Positions 24,086 through 37,200 of a stretch of 64,000 nt of DNA are shown one piece after another; the first letter of the stretch is position 1, and each line of letters opens with the position of its first letter. This stretch comes from Podarcis cretensis (lineage: Eukaryota). The stretch is from assembly GCA_951804945.1 (NCBI GenBank), contig OX638153.1, positions 59,396,001 through 59,460,000 of the forward strand, read 5' to 3'. Both the position numbers and the translations under genes were made by a program. The notes below the pieces were generated by a model. The model made no database searches. It had not been told where the DNA came from and worked only from the letters and a program-made list of their open reading frames with translations.

Positions 24086-27000
24086 CTGCCAGAAAGAGAG
24101 AGAAGAGATTAGAATGAGTACTGCCACAAGCACAGCAGGTACATGTGTAGTTCTCCCATGGAGGCTTTAGGTGCCCTGCTTCTGCAGTAAAAGCAGGTCT
24201 GGGATACCAGTGAAAAAGGAAGCTTCAAATCTCAAGAATATCCAGCAGAGTGCTTGAGATAAGAGAACATAGCTGGTTTCAAGCACACACAACTCCATGG
24301 CAGCATTTTACAGATAGAGAGAAATCCTGAACAGTGACACTGAGTTGCATCGAGTTAAGTTCTACTCTTAGTAGACCTATTGAAATTAAGGACCTAAGTT
24401 AGTCAAGGCCATTAATTTCAATGTGTCCAAGCAGAACTAACAATGCTCTCCTATGCTCTCCCCACAGCATCCCCATATCATACCTTCTGTTAAGTTTGGC
24501 TCTGTTCAGTGGGATGTAGGCATAAGGATCCAGGCGGCCCTTCTTGATATCACCTTTGCCTTTCTGTAGAAACAGAAGGGAATCAGTGCTTAGTGACTGG
24601 AAGCAAGACATGGAAAAATGTAGACTTCCACCAAAATGGGCATTCACATCAGCTTTCACAACGTCTATCAATGCCTCACATTCAGATCAATTATTCAAAA
24701 CTGGATCTAGCTTAGAGATACAGAGATTCGTCTTTAAAAGGGAGCCAGCCTGCAGCCCTGTATTTAGGGTGAGAGTTAATAGAATGCAGTGCTATGTAGA
24801 AGACTGCCATAAGTAAGTCAAGGAAATTTCCTGGTAGGAGACAAGAAATCTGCATTGTCTGTACCAAGACATCTTTTAACATACTTTGAGACTATGAATC
24901 TGTACTCGAGTTGCTTGGTAAGTCCAATAAACAAGGCTTCCTATGATGTGGGGAAAGTGGCTCTATACAAATAATCAACTTCTGAGAGTTATGACAATGC
25001 CAGGTCCTAACTATTCACATCATAATCTTACCTTTGCCTTGTATGCTTGCCTAGGTGCTGCATTCTTGCCAATAGGCCGATGGATTCCAACACCTCCAGC
25101 TGTGAAGAACAAACAATAATGGAATAGTTTCTAGGCTTCTCTCAGCTGTACAAAAAGGTTTCTGTGCAGTCCTCCACTGGATTGTAAGCTTCTTGTAGTC
25201 AACAATGCTTGAAGTGCAGCCAGCCTGTTTGAAACACTTTCCCCACCACTCAGCTTCAGCAGCACGAGAAAGCATACTGTGGATGGGCTATCTGTGTTAA
25301 GGTTTAACTGGGAGCAAGACACAGCACTGAGTGGTTTTGTAGGATAAGCACAACACATTATCCCCTGATTCAGAGGTCCAACTGGGCTTGAGTAGAAGTT
25401 GGCCATGGTGTGGAACACTCTTCCAGCAGAGATTTGGCAGGTATCCTAGCTTTTGACTTTCAGGCATCTCTCATATGCCAGCAGGCCTATACAGCTGCTT
25501 GAAATGATTATTTCGTACTCTTTTTAACGGTGTTTTATGTAAACATGTCATTGCATACCATCCTGAAATTTTCTGAAATGGTGGTATATAAATAACCTTA
25601 AGCAGTAGCATCTCATTCTCTTTCCCTTCCCTATTACAGGGATATGTATCCAATGTGATAAGGCAGCTAAGTCCACACCACCAGCCTTGGAAAAAGCACT
25701 TACCCTTATACTGTGGTTTTGCATCAGTGCCCAGTTCTTCATCATCTGCTTCTTCCCGAAATCTGCGCTTTTGAGCCTTTTTCTGCAACAGAGTTTCCAA
25801 GCATCAGCACTTGCTACATGAATCAGGCTTCTCACTAGGGTCCAAGGCCTTCTCCCTTTCCTGCATTATCTGCTTGGTAACAAGAACTGTATTTGACAGT
25901 CAAGCTCAGTTCCCCTTTGATTTCAGCAAGCAAGTCACCTTGGCAACTGTGTGGGCCTTTAAAGAAAATGCTTGAAATTCCTATTTCCCCCCCTCCTGCC
26001 CGTGTCTCAGTACTTACACTTCGGATCCCGACTTCCTGCATAAGATCTGCCATCTCTTCATCCACTCCTGTAACAGAGAACAAAATTCAGCGTGAGAACA
26101 ATACATAAAACATCTTTGTAAAATCTTTTGCATTTATAGTTAAAAGTATGCATTTCAGCTGTTCAATATGTTTTTACACATTGAAATGATAAAACTTTAA
26201 TCAGAAGCAAACACCAAAGTGTTCAAAGGAGCTTACTCCCAGAAGAGTATGGACAGGACTGCAATCATGCCACAAGCACACCAGAACACTCTTTGAAAAA
26301 CTGCTAGTGCTTCATTTTTGTAATAATCCACACACATTTTGGTTGCTGTTTTTTATTACCAGGAAACAATGTAAGTTGTGTTAACATTTAACAGCTGGTA
26401 AGCCCTGAGCAACATATTTTAGATGTTCCCTAAGATATTTGGAGGAGGTGCTGCTGATTTGTGTTGCATCCTATAGCACTAACTCCATTTGGCACTAACT
26501 CCATCCTATGGCACTAACTTCCATTACATGGAAGAGTGCTTTCTCTGTGGTGGCACCTACATTGTATTGTATGTTTTACTGGACTGCTTTATGTTTCCAG
26601 TAAATTATTATATTATTACATTATAATTATTTAATTATTTTAATGGAAGGGCAGTATAAAAATAGTTTGAAATAAATACATATTTAAGGACATTATAATT
26701 TTATGTGAAGACAGTGAACGGTCTTAATTTGAAAGGGCTAAAAGTGTCAAAAGCCCTGGAGTGAATCACATGTTGAAAGTAAAACAAATAAATCACATGT
26801 TCACCAGCCTACATAAAGCCCAAGTTATCTAACTTCAAACAATTCCATCAAACAGTATCGGGATCAAAAAACGTATACAATATTGATACTATCATAGTGG
26901 AACTGGACTTCACAGCTGGTTAACATAAACTATTGCTTGGATACCAAGCCCAGTCATAGTTTGTAGACCACTGATGGCCAGTTTTCAGCTGAATACATTA

Positions 27001-30000
27001 GACCATCCACCAGTACCTTTAGCCCCTTCTTCTTCTTCCTCCTCCTCCTCTTCACATATAATGAGACGGCCATCAGCTGATACCTTGAAGTCATGGCTGA
27101 TTTTAGCAGCCTGGCCCGTGCCTGGTTTGGTAGCTGCATAAAAGAAGATCACAAAAGACTTACAATGAGATAGGACAGCCCCTTTCTCTCAGCATAAATG
27201 ATCTCCCACTTTCCCCAAACTGAAAAGGCAGATTGTGCCACTGTCAAACTGCTCCTTACCCAGAACCCTTTGGGCCACATTAGGATCCAAGAAGTTGAGG
27301 GGCTCATCGCCTTCTCCCTCCTTAAGCCAGGCCTGGCTTTGTTGCCGTGGAACTTTCCTGGTTTCTTTTCCTTTGTGCTGCTTGATGTCATCTTCAAGAT
27401 CAGAGTCCGAGTCTGCCAGGACCTCCTCCATACTGTAAACAAGGCAGGAGGGAATGCAAGTGGTACTTACTGAGGGTGCAGAGGAAGATAGAGAACACTT
27501 CACCTTCTAACGCACTTGCCATGGCAGACACCCCTCCTGCTCTAGCCTTAAAAAACCGTAGCTTTTAGGTTCAACAATGGCATGACATGAAGACAAGACC
27601 AGCACTACATTAATACCTCTCCCCCATGGGTCTTTGCGATGGTCCTCCTCCTTCTACAGAAGTGGCTGCTGCCCGTTTCACAGCTTGCCGCTTGCGGTTC
27701 CTTGCCTCAGCCTTGCGGATATTCAGCAGCACCTTGCGATATGACTCAGGAAGCAAAGCCTGCAAAGGCTCAAACCTGGGAAGTAAAGACGGAAGACCAG
27801 TGTCACAGAAATCAGTCTCTTGCGTATCCCCCACTACCAGTCATAGAAGTCAGACAGGCATTAGACCAGTGCTTAACCTGTGGCCTTCCTATTGCTGGGA
27901 CTAAAATTCCAGCTAATCCCAGACCTTTGGCCATATTGGTTAGAGCCAATGTCATTTGGAGTCCAGCAACATCTGGACTACTCTCAAGTGCTTGGTCATC
28001 ACTCTTAAGATAGGTTTTGTGCTCATGAAGCTGTATCCAAGATGGCACAGTTCAAGACAAGCACATCTAAGAAGCAAGTGCTTTGGAGTGAGCTTAGAAC
28101 TTTTCCTTCCTGAGCATCACACCACAGGATCTCCCCAGTCCTCCCTCTAACCCCAGAACTTACCCAAATTTGCGGATCATTTTGGAGAGGAGGTTTCGCA
28201 GCTTCATGCGGAAATGGCGTCTCATGTCGTCTGTCAATCCTCCTATGGCTTCTAACTGGAAGCAGAGCACAAGCTTTAGAATTCTGATGCCCCCCCCCCC
28301 ACCACACCTTGCATGAAATGAATTCCCTTGGTTCTCTCTCATGCATGTGCGCAAACCTGCCTCCCTCCCCGGGCTTTTACTGCTTCCCAACAGCACGATA
28401 AGTGGGACAACACCTCACCAAAGCTGGGAAAAGAGTGGATCATTAATTCCAATATATACCCATGAACTCTTGAGTCAGGAACTAGACAAGACAATGGGCA
28501 GAAATAGATTCCAACAATTCAGGCACCTTTCTGCGTCACTCCCTTTAAGTTATGCAAACTAAGCTACTCTTATTCCCAGAACCTTCCTTCCTACAGGCTG
28601 CCCTAGTGTATTCCCCCTTCTCACCATGGTCTCCAAGTGCCGACTCAACAGTGCCGTGTCCAGGAGCAAGAGTGCGACCTTGAGGAAGCCCAAAGCTGAC
28701 TTGACGACATCCCGCGTCCGTGAGCCTACCATCAGGCAGACATGCTGCATGAGCTGCTCCAGGGCATCTGACCCAACGTGTTCTGCAGTAGAGTAAAGCT
28801 AATCTTAGACATACTTCAATTCTTCAGGCTGTACTGAGAGCCAGACAACACAGGGCTCAGATTACTTTCAGCAAGTTTTCTGCTCAGCAGCAACCCAGCA
28901 CAGGCCTCACAGTGCTTACAACTGGTGTGGTGCTTGGAACCCAAAGGGCACAGAGCTCTCTGCTATAGTGAATACAACCATTCATGTTACCCTTAGACAT
29001 ATTCATTAGCATCCATGCAATAAGCTCAGTTCAAATAGTCTCCAAACTCTGTTTGGTGCCTCCCAACTTTTGGTGCCTGCCAATTGCAGAAGAATTCTGT
29101 GTACTAAACTACTGAGGCTATAAGCATTATCCAGCATGTTTTTGGCATTCAGATCTCTCACCTTTGAACTCAAAGAGCAAACGGGCAAGAGCGAGCACCG
29201 TGCAACTGATCATGGTGACTGAACCAGTCAAGCCCGCATAAACCAGGAGGAGATAACGCTGCATTCCATCTGGAGGGAATAAATGCTGGGGGTTATTGCA
29301 CTGAAACTGCTAAAAGTAAGATACCAACTATACCAACACAGGTGGGATTGGGGCTGAAGAGGCTCCCCCAGAAAGTGCCTACAATGATGCAGAAAACCCA
29401 ATGGGAATGAAAGGTTTTCAAAAGTGGAACCCAGGCACTATGGAGACAATGCTAACATCCAGGTCTCTGAGTTAGCTGGAATATCAGAGACCAAAAAGAC
29501 AAGAGTACAGATATCAATAGTAGACAGGCAATATTGGGAAGGGAACAGGCAACAGTTATAATAGACTGAATTAGGAAGGACAGAAAAGCCCCCATGTTCT
29601 GGCTACTGAAAACCCTTCTTCTGAAAGCAGGAACCAATCTGAAATGTTAAATATGTTCTGCTTTATACAGTGCAAGGGTGTATAAAGACTGGGATATTCA
29701 AAGCCTCAGTGAATCTGGGCTAAGTGAATCCTGCATTTCTTTAATTAGTGTGGAATTTAATATCAGATGCCAAATTTAAAATTCTAGTACTTGTGATTCA
29801 AGGATAATCTGAAAAATGTGTAGGCATTGCCTGATGAGATCTCTGAAACAGGAGAGAATCAAGGAGGATTTCTAGTAGTCAGGTGGTTAGACTTCAGTAC
29901 CCTGCATAGATTGCCCTTTGCTAAACAGAATTACACACAAAAAATCAATATGTACAGATTTTCAGTTTGCACAAAGTTCATCCAGGTCTCAATTCAGCAA

Positions 30001-33000
30001 TTAAATGCAAAATTTGGCAAAACTCAGAAGAGGTTATACGGACCAGTGATAAGAGGAGAGTTGACTAAAATTACTGGAATAAATGAAGCAGAGATGGAAA
30101 GCAATGTAAGGTAGTCAAAAATAGAAGGGGTGTACATAGGAGCCAACAGCATTTGACAGAAAGATAGGGGGCACAGGGCAAAAAAGTCCATCTCTTTTTG
30201 GTAACAGCCCAATGTGGCCAAACCAGGACTCACCGTTTGGTGTCGGGCCAAAGCGCAGGAAAGCATGACCAATCTCTACAAGTAAGTTGTACGCGTTCTT
30301 GCGGGCACCCACCGACACCTCCTTGGTGCAGAGTATGACCTAAATACAAAGGTACCTGTGATCACCCCATACCACCTCTGCCTCCCAGTTTTCAACATCA
30401 CTGTATTATCAGCATCAGCTTTCAGAGAGAACTGAAATATAAGCCATTGGTCTAAAATGTATTACCAAATCAGAGCTCCAGCTAATCTATGACTTTCCCA
30501 AGCACAAAAACTACAGTCATCAAGTTGACCTATAATCTTTTTAAATGTGTGACGACAGACAAAACACTTTCAGCAGTAGGGAACTTCTTCTTCTGAGGAT
30601 TTCACAAAGGCAGTAGCTATCTAATCCAGATTCAAGGAGAGAGAAAACATTTCTAGTTCGTTGCTTTTAAAAAAGAGAGCAAATCAGGTGAACCTGAAGA
30701 TGGAGCACTGCAGAGCAGGCAGGTCAGAAACTGGCAGTAACTTCCAACTGTCAGGGACTAAGACAAAACTGCATAAGCCCTGCCTGTTGGAGTAAGTGGG
30801 AGCAACAACCCACTACAGGGTATCATCCTCCACAGATGGGAGAATATATTTATTCCCTCATCGCAAGGTAGGAGAAGCAAAATTCCTCATTCTGAATTAC
30901 AACAGCTTATTCACAGCATGAGAACAAGATGTTTGTAATGCAAAAGAAACAAGGCAAGCAAGGAATGAGAGAGGATTTCCATGCTGAATAGCTACACTTG
31001 CCAAAGGGCTTGAGTTTGTTTGCAGCAGGTAGGAGAGAATAAAATTCCATTTATGGGCCAGAAAGATGTGGGGACTCAGAATATAGTGGAACTTGTACCA
31101 TAACTTGGCTCTGTTTGGAGATGAAGATTTAGTTCCGTGCATGCTCCCACCTCTAGCCCCAGAAGTACTATTTCTCCCCATCTTCTGCGGACACAAATGC
31201 CCACCTACTTTCCCCATTCCTTGCCTGCCACTGCCTTTTCTGCTCACCTCTGGCACCAGGGCAGTAACGAAGTCCTCATGCTCCACTGCGAGCTGCTTGA
31301 CAACATGGAAGAGGCACTTCAAACGGGGCTGGGAACAAAGAATGGGAGTGTGGAGTTAGAGGCAGGCAGGGACAGCAATCTCTTATTTCTATCACCACCC
31401 GTGCTTCAGCACCCTACCCACCACAGGGGGGAAAGCAACAAGTGTCTTCTCCCCAGACACCTTCCTTACCCTCTTGGCAGGTGAAGTGGCACTGGGAAGA
31501 GAGCCTAGCAGGGCACTCTGTAGCTCCTCCAGATGACTTCTAACAAAGTTTTGACAGGCAGGCCTGTCAGAGGCACATATTTCCTCCAGCACCCGATAAG
31601 CCTTCTTCTGTATCCTGTGGTCTTTGTTCTAGGATGATTATACCAGACAAATTAGTTAGCAAAAACAAACTGCATGCACACAAGAACAGAGGCTCTCAGC
31701 CTGCACAATATGGAAGTTGGGGGAAGAGTATTCCAGAAACCAGGTAGAGGCCACATCTATAGAATCATAGAATTACAAAGTTAGAAGGGACCTGAGGACC
31801 ATCTAGTCCCTTTTAGATATTTTAGTCGCATAGGAGCTGAATATCTGTCAGTGGTTTCCATGTGGTTGAGAGACTGTTTAAATGTCACAAGCGTATGGAA
31901 TGTGAGGGTCAATTACATGAGTCTTTTGCACAGAATCAGCATCAGTTGGATCATCTGAACATTATCTTTGCTACACAGAAAATGTTCAAGGATAAGCAGC
32001 TCCCACACAGCTGGGAAAACACCTAGGAGGTTACCCCTGTGGCCAAGAAGATGCAAGGATAGGCACTCAACATGAAACAAGGACCATAGGGTTGCCCAAA
32101 GCAGACAGCTAGGTTATTATCTGATTATGCCTGAGCAGGATAGCAATGGATCATAGACAAACATGCCCTACTGATTCCACACAACTTTGGGAGCAGAAGC
32201 CAAGTAATATGGATAAGGTCAAACAACTCTGCAGCCTCCTTCTGAACAGATTAAGACACTGTCTCCCTAAATATAATAGCTAAACTGATTTTAAGGATGT
32301 CAATATGGCACTCTCAGGAAGAGCAGGGATCATGGTGGTCAAAGCTAGCAGGCCTGGAGCTTGCAATGTTCCCCAGCATACACTCCAACAGCCAACTGAA
32401 AGGCAGCTCACCTGTAAGGAGGATTGGATGGTGCTATAGAGGTCATGCAGAGATGGCTCATCTGCATAAGGGGCCATGGCTACAACAAGGTCGAAGACAG
32501 AAAGCCTGCAACAGGGAAGGCACAGTTAGCAAGCGTGAACACAAAAGCTAATCTTTAGGACTCTGCTTCTCCCTGGGAATAGTACAAAGCCAACTACTTA
32601 TCAATGCAAACCTACCAGATTCCACAATTACTAGGGCCGGGTGCATCCCTCTCTCTCTGCCTTCTCTGACTTGCAGGGAGAGGGGAGCACCTGGGAGGAA
32701 CAGAGGAAAAAATCAGGCCTCCAATGAGCTTAACAGGAGTGGGGCAGAGAGGGGCTTACTCCACAGAAAGATGAAAACAATACTGATTTACATAGGCCTA
32801 TGCACATAGGGTTAAACCACAGAGCCTAGGACTTGCTGATCAGAAGGTCGGCAGTTCGAATCCCCGTGACGGGGTGAGCTCCCATTGCTCGGTCCCTGCT
32901 CCTGCCCACCTAGCAGTTCGAAAGCACGTCAAAGTGCAAGTAGATAAATAGGTACCGCTCCGGCGGGAAGGTAAACGGCGTTTCCATGCGCTTCTCTGGT

Positions 33001-33734
33001 TCACCAGAAGCGGCTTAGTCATGCTGGCCACATGACCCGGAAGCTGTACGCCGGCTCCCTCGGCCAATAAAGCGAGATGAGTGCCACAACCCCAGAATCA
33101 CTCACGACTGGACCTAATGGTCAGGGGTCCCTTGACCTTTATGTAACAGAAAAGTGGGTAACCCATCTGAGGGTACTCTTCTCCACTGTATGGAAAAAGA
33201 TGGATCCAAACTCTGGGGTGTCCTTACCTAGTGAACTCTGAACTATCAGAGCTGGTCAGTTTTTCACTAGCTTTCTCTAGGAAAGCATGCACCATCTGCA
33301 ATAGAGATAAAGAGAGTGTCATCCCCAGAGCTTTCCTTTTGCACCACACATACATTGTTATATTTGTATGCTGTCTTTCCATAGTTCAAAACATGCGCAA
33401 GGCAGCTCACAGCATGGGAAAACACATAATTACAAACATAACCAAACGCAGTCATAAACAATAAATAAAACATCAAAAAGTACACAAATTGAACAATTTC
33501 CACATAAATGCTATTATAAAATCTTTAAAAGGATACAAAAAAAAAAATCAGTATCAATAACAGTAGCACCCTGCCCCAACAAAAACCACTGAACTGAGCA
33601 GCCTCAGTTTTTGTAGGTGTCAGCAGTCAGAGCCCCATTCTCCTAGCCCTAATGGGGAAAGGCCTCCCCCCCCATGTTTGAGATCCACTCTCCTAGAGTG
33701 GCTGGGGCACCCCAGTCAGATGGGCGGCATACAA

Positions 33735-33783
<49 letters not shown>

Positions 33784-34244
33784 CTAGCAACGTTGTTCAC
33801 TTATAGAGCTGGCCCACATGAGGTGAATGATATTGCTATTACAATCTATTACTCACACTTCATTCCAAGGTCCCAGGGCAGGTTACAACAATTAAAACAC
33901 AATATTAAAAAACAGTTTAAAATAAGCCCTGAAACCCAAGTCTTGAGAATTTGGAAACTAGTAACACTGCTGGCTTCCCACTTTCTAGAGGAAAGGTGGA
34001 ATGACAAGCAAGTGGTGACGATCTCAGAAGTCTGGTCTTGTTCACAGAGCTTTGCTCACCCCTGGCTCCGTCACAGTCAAGTAGGCCCTTATAGTGTCCA
34101 ACACAGAACGCCGCTGTACAGGGCTTTCGCTGACACCACCCTCCTGGCTATAGGCATTGAATAGAATGGGCAGGAAGTTCTTTGCAAAACGCCCAACTTC
34201 AGCACGCTCGGCCTCTGCAAAGAGAAGCAAATATAGAGAATGGA

Positions 34245-34285
<41 letters not shown>

Positions 34286-37200
34286 GCTGCTGGTAAAGCA
34301 TGTTTCAAAATGTTGGAATCGGCAGCTCCAGCCACAGTGACTTAGCTAGAGTAAACTGAGCAAGGGTCACTTCCACGGACAGATCTTACCTGTTTGACAG
34401 CCTTTGTTAATTAGCCTGCGCAAAGCTTGGCACACAACGAGCCGCAGATCAGGGCGATCGCTGATGGCCATGCCCAAAGTACGTGCCAGTCCTTTGAAGG
34501 AGGATACCACATCGGTAGGCTGGCTGCAGAAACCAGGCAGAAGGGTCCAGATCTGAAAGACAGAGAAAGGAGCATTGTTACAAACCACAGTTACTCTCCA
34601 AACCTTTTAAGCACAGGGTGCCAGACCTAGATGAAGAACTGTTGGGGTGCTGCCTCACCTGCCACTGCAGTGTATCATAGATCTTGGCTTCTAAGTTCCG
34701 TTTAGCCTCGTCAAGCTCTGTGGCTGGAGAAAGGTAAGAGAGAGGTCTGTGACTGTAGCTTAGTATATATGAAGAAGTTAACCTAAGGGGAAAATCAATG
34801 CACTCTGCCTGTAGGACACCTGGAGTTTGCACATTATATAAAATCTCATGAAATTAACAGGCAACTGCTGTCATGATGCACTCCATACAATAGATGACCC
34901 ATATATTTGTGCAGATCTAACCCGTATCCAAAGCCACAATTGGTGCAGACCCAAAGGATGAATTTCTGCTTGCTGAATGCAAACAGTACTGGTATGCAAC
35001 AATAGACTATAACTAAATCCCAAGACGGAGACTTCAAATGTGGAGCTTTAACATCTGTATTTTTTTTTCATTCTGTATTCCCAAATACCCCAAATCTGGT
35101 ACTTGCTGATGGGTAAGGGAAATCTCATTAGAAGCTGGATTTTGTTTTGGGATGTCTGGTATGGTAGATTTTCTGATGGATTCCCCAGGCGGAATGTACC
35201 ACAGCTCTACTGCAATCTTAAACACTAGAGATGGAGCTGTTGTCGTGCTCTTTTAAAGTCCAACACTCAGGTCTGCTGGTATGTGCTCATGGTCTTGCCC
35301 ATCTACACTGTCAGTTACCTCTGTGTTTTAGAGTGGCAGCCAGTGGCAGGAAGTAACTGGAGAAGAAGGCAAGGGGTGCATCTCGGATACTGTCTCGGAG
35401 TACAGGAAGGAGCCAGCTTCGGGGGAAATCCAGTGTCTCCCTTGTGGAGGAAGCAGAAGAGAGAACAAATGACAAAATTAAGAGGATTGGGGAAGCAATG
35501 TACCTGGGTATGTTGGATTTTGGTGCCGATGTTCCTTTGGGAGTACTTTCAGCTACAACAATGCCGTAAGATAGTGGAGGTGTGAAAGCCACAAGTAGTA
35601 AACACCCAGCTCAGCCTACAATCCTGTCCAAGAATTTCTGGTCTTGGAGCATCCAACTAAATGGCAAAGGCAGATTCAAATGCGATTTTGCTAACCCATT
35701 CTAAACATGAGTTTGCAACATGCAACAGTATTCCTAATTAATGGAAGAGTATGGGATCCCAACTATTCTTTTCATATGAACTCTGATGCAGATGTCCATT
35801 CAGACATTTCTATCCTATTCAGGTGGTAGTGAAATCCGATTTGATTCTGCCTATGGCCACTGTTAGAATAGGATGTTGAACTAGATGTCTTGATCCAGCT
35901 GGGCTTGTCTTATGGGAAGGTATAGAAACATCAGAAACCCAGAAAGGCAGAGATTATACTCACTCTGTGCCATCAATATCTAGGGGCACAGCCTGTAGAA
36001 CCACCTCGGGGCCCATAGTGGTCACTGCAGCCCCTAGAGTCTGGTCGAGCAGCACGGTGTGAGGAAAGTGTGGGGAGCCACGCAGGTCAGCTAAGGACTG
36101 TAAGCACTGCAGAATAAAGAAAACGAAAGAGAGCATCACACAAGTAAGCATGTGTTATAAAACAGCCTACCCTCTTATAATGACTCCTATCACTGACTTC
36201 TTTATATCCACTGTATAACACACATTTATGCATCCACAAATCTCCAGCTCACGATCCTAAGAGCTCTAGAAAAGTTTAGCAACAATGCATCTCAGAAGTT
36301 TGCAGGGCCTCAGTGTCCAAATGTTCTTTTGCCATGGGGATCCCTTCTTGTCTCTTGTGGAACAGGGCTGTCACCACAGAAACTCATTTACCTTACACAT
36401 GGTGAGATGGCACTGATGCCCACACACTTCAAAGAAAATCTTCAGAACCTGCAACACGGAGGCCCATGCCGCATGGAATCGGTATGTCAAGCCCTCTTCC
36501 ACTGCCCTGCAAGGAGAAAAGCAAATAGCTATTCAACACGCAGCCTTTCAAAACCAGGATTTTGACCTCTTTCCCTCAACCCGCTGGGCCACTTCTTCTA
36601 CCTGAACATCTTGCAGACGTGAGCAGCTGGTCCAGAGGGGGTGGCAGAGGAAACCAGCCCCAGCTCTGCCATGTGGGGGGCCACACATTCATTGAGCAAG
36701 ACCTACAACAAGAGGCAAACACACACACATAGACCTTTAGCACTAGCCCACTCTCCTTACAGCAGGGGTGGGCAAAGTCCAGCATGTGTCCCAATTGGGC
36801 CCACAAGGCAGTTTTCCTCAAACCATGCCCTCTTACCCACATGGTGACATAGATGCCAAACAATCAGGAGCATTAAAGTGCTCCAGTTATTCGTTGCCAA
36901 GAGAAACTTGTGCTGCTAGCTGACTGGCTATACAGCAAGCCTGCAGTGATGGACTGTGCTAAGGAGTTCCCCACCAGCACAGCTGATGCCTCCTTAAAGC
37001 AGGCTTTCGGTGAGTGCCAATCAGTGCTTGCAGCAAGCTGGCTGTAGGTCCAAGTATCCTGTTACATCATGGGGTTGAACAGAAGCTGGCAATGCAAAAG
37101 TTCTCTGTAGGTGTCTATTCACAAAGAGGACTTTTGGGGAGAGTGGGGTTGCTTACTTTCACTGAAATGCCAAACAAATCTTTATTTCAGCAGCACACAA

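Noticed and set aside
26470-26525. Three copies of gcactaactccat
   Set aside because: Local slippage duplication inside a decayed repeat
32808-32900. tRNA-like B-box sequence
   Set aside because: It is the head of a Sauria SINE, not a tRNA gene; the same applies to the other SINE heads
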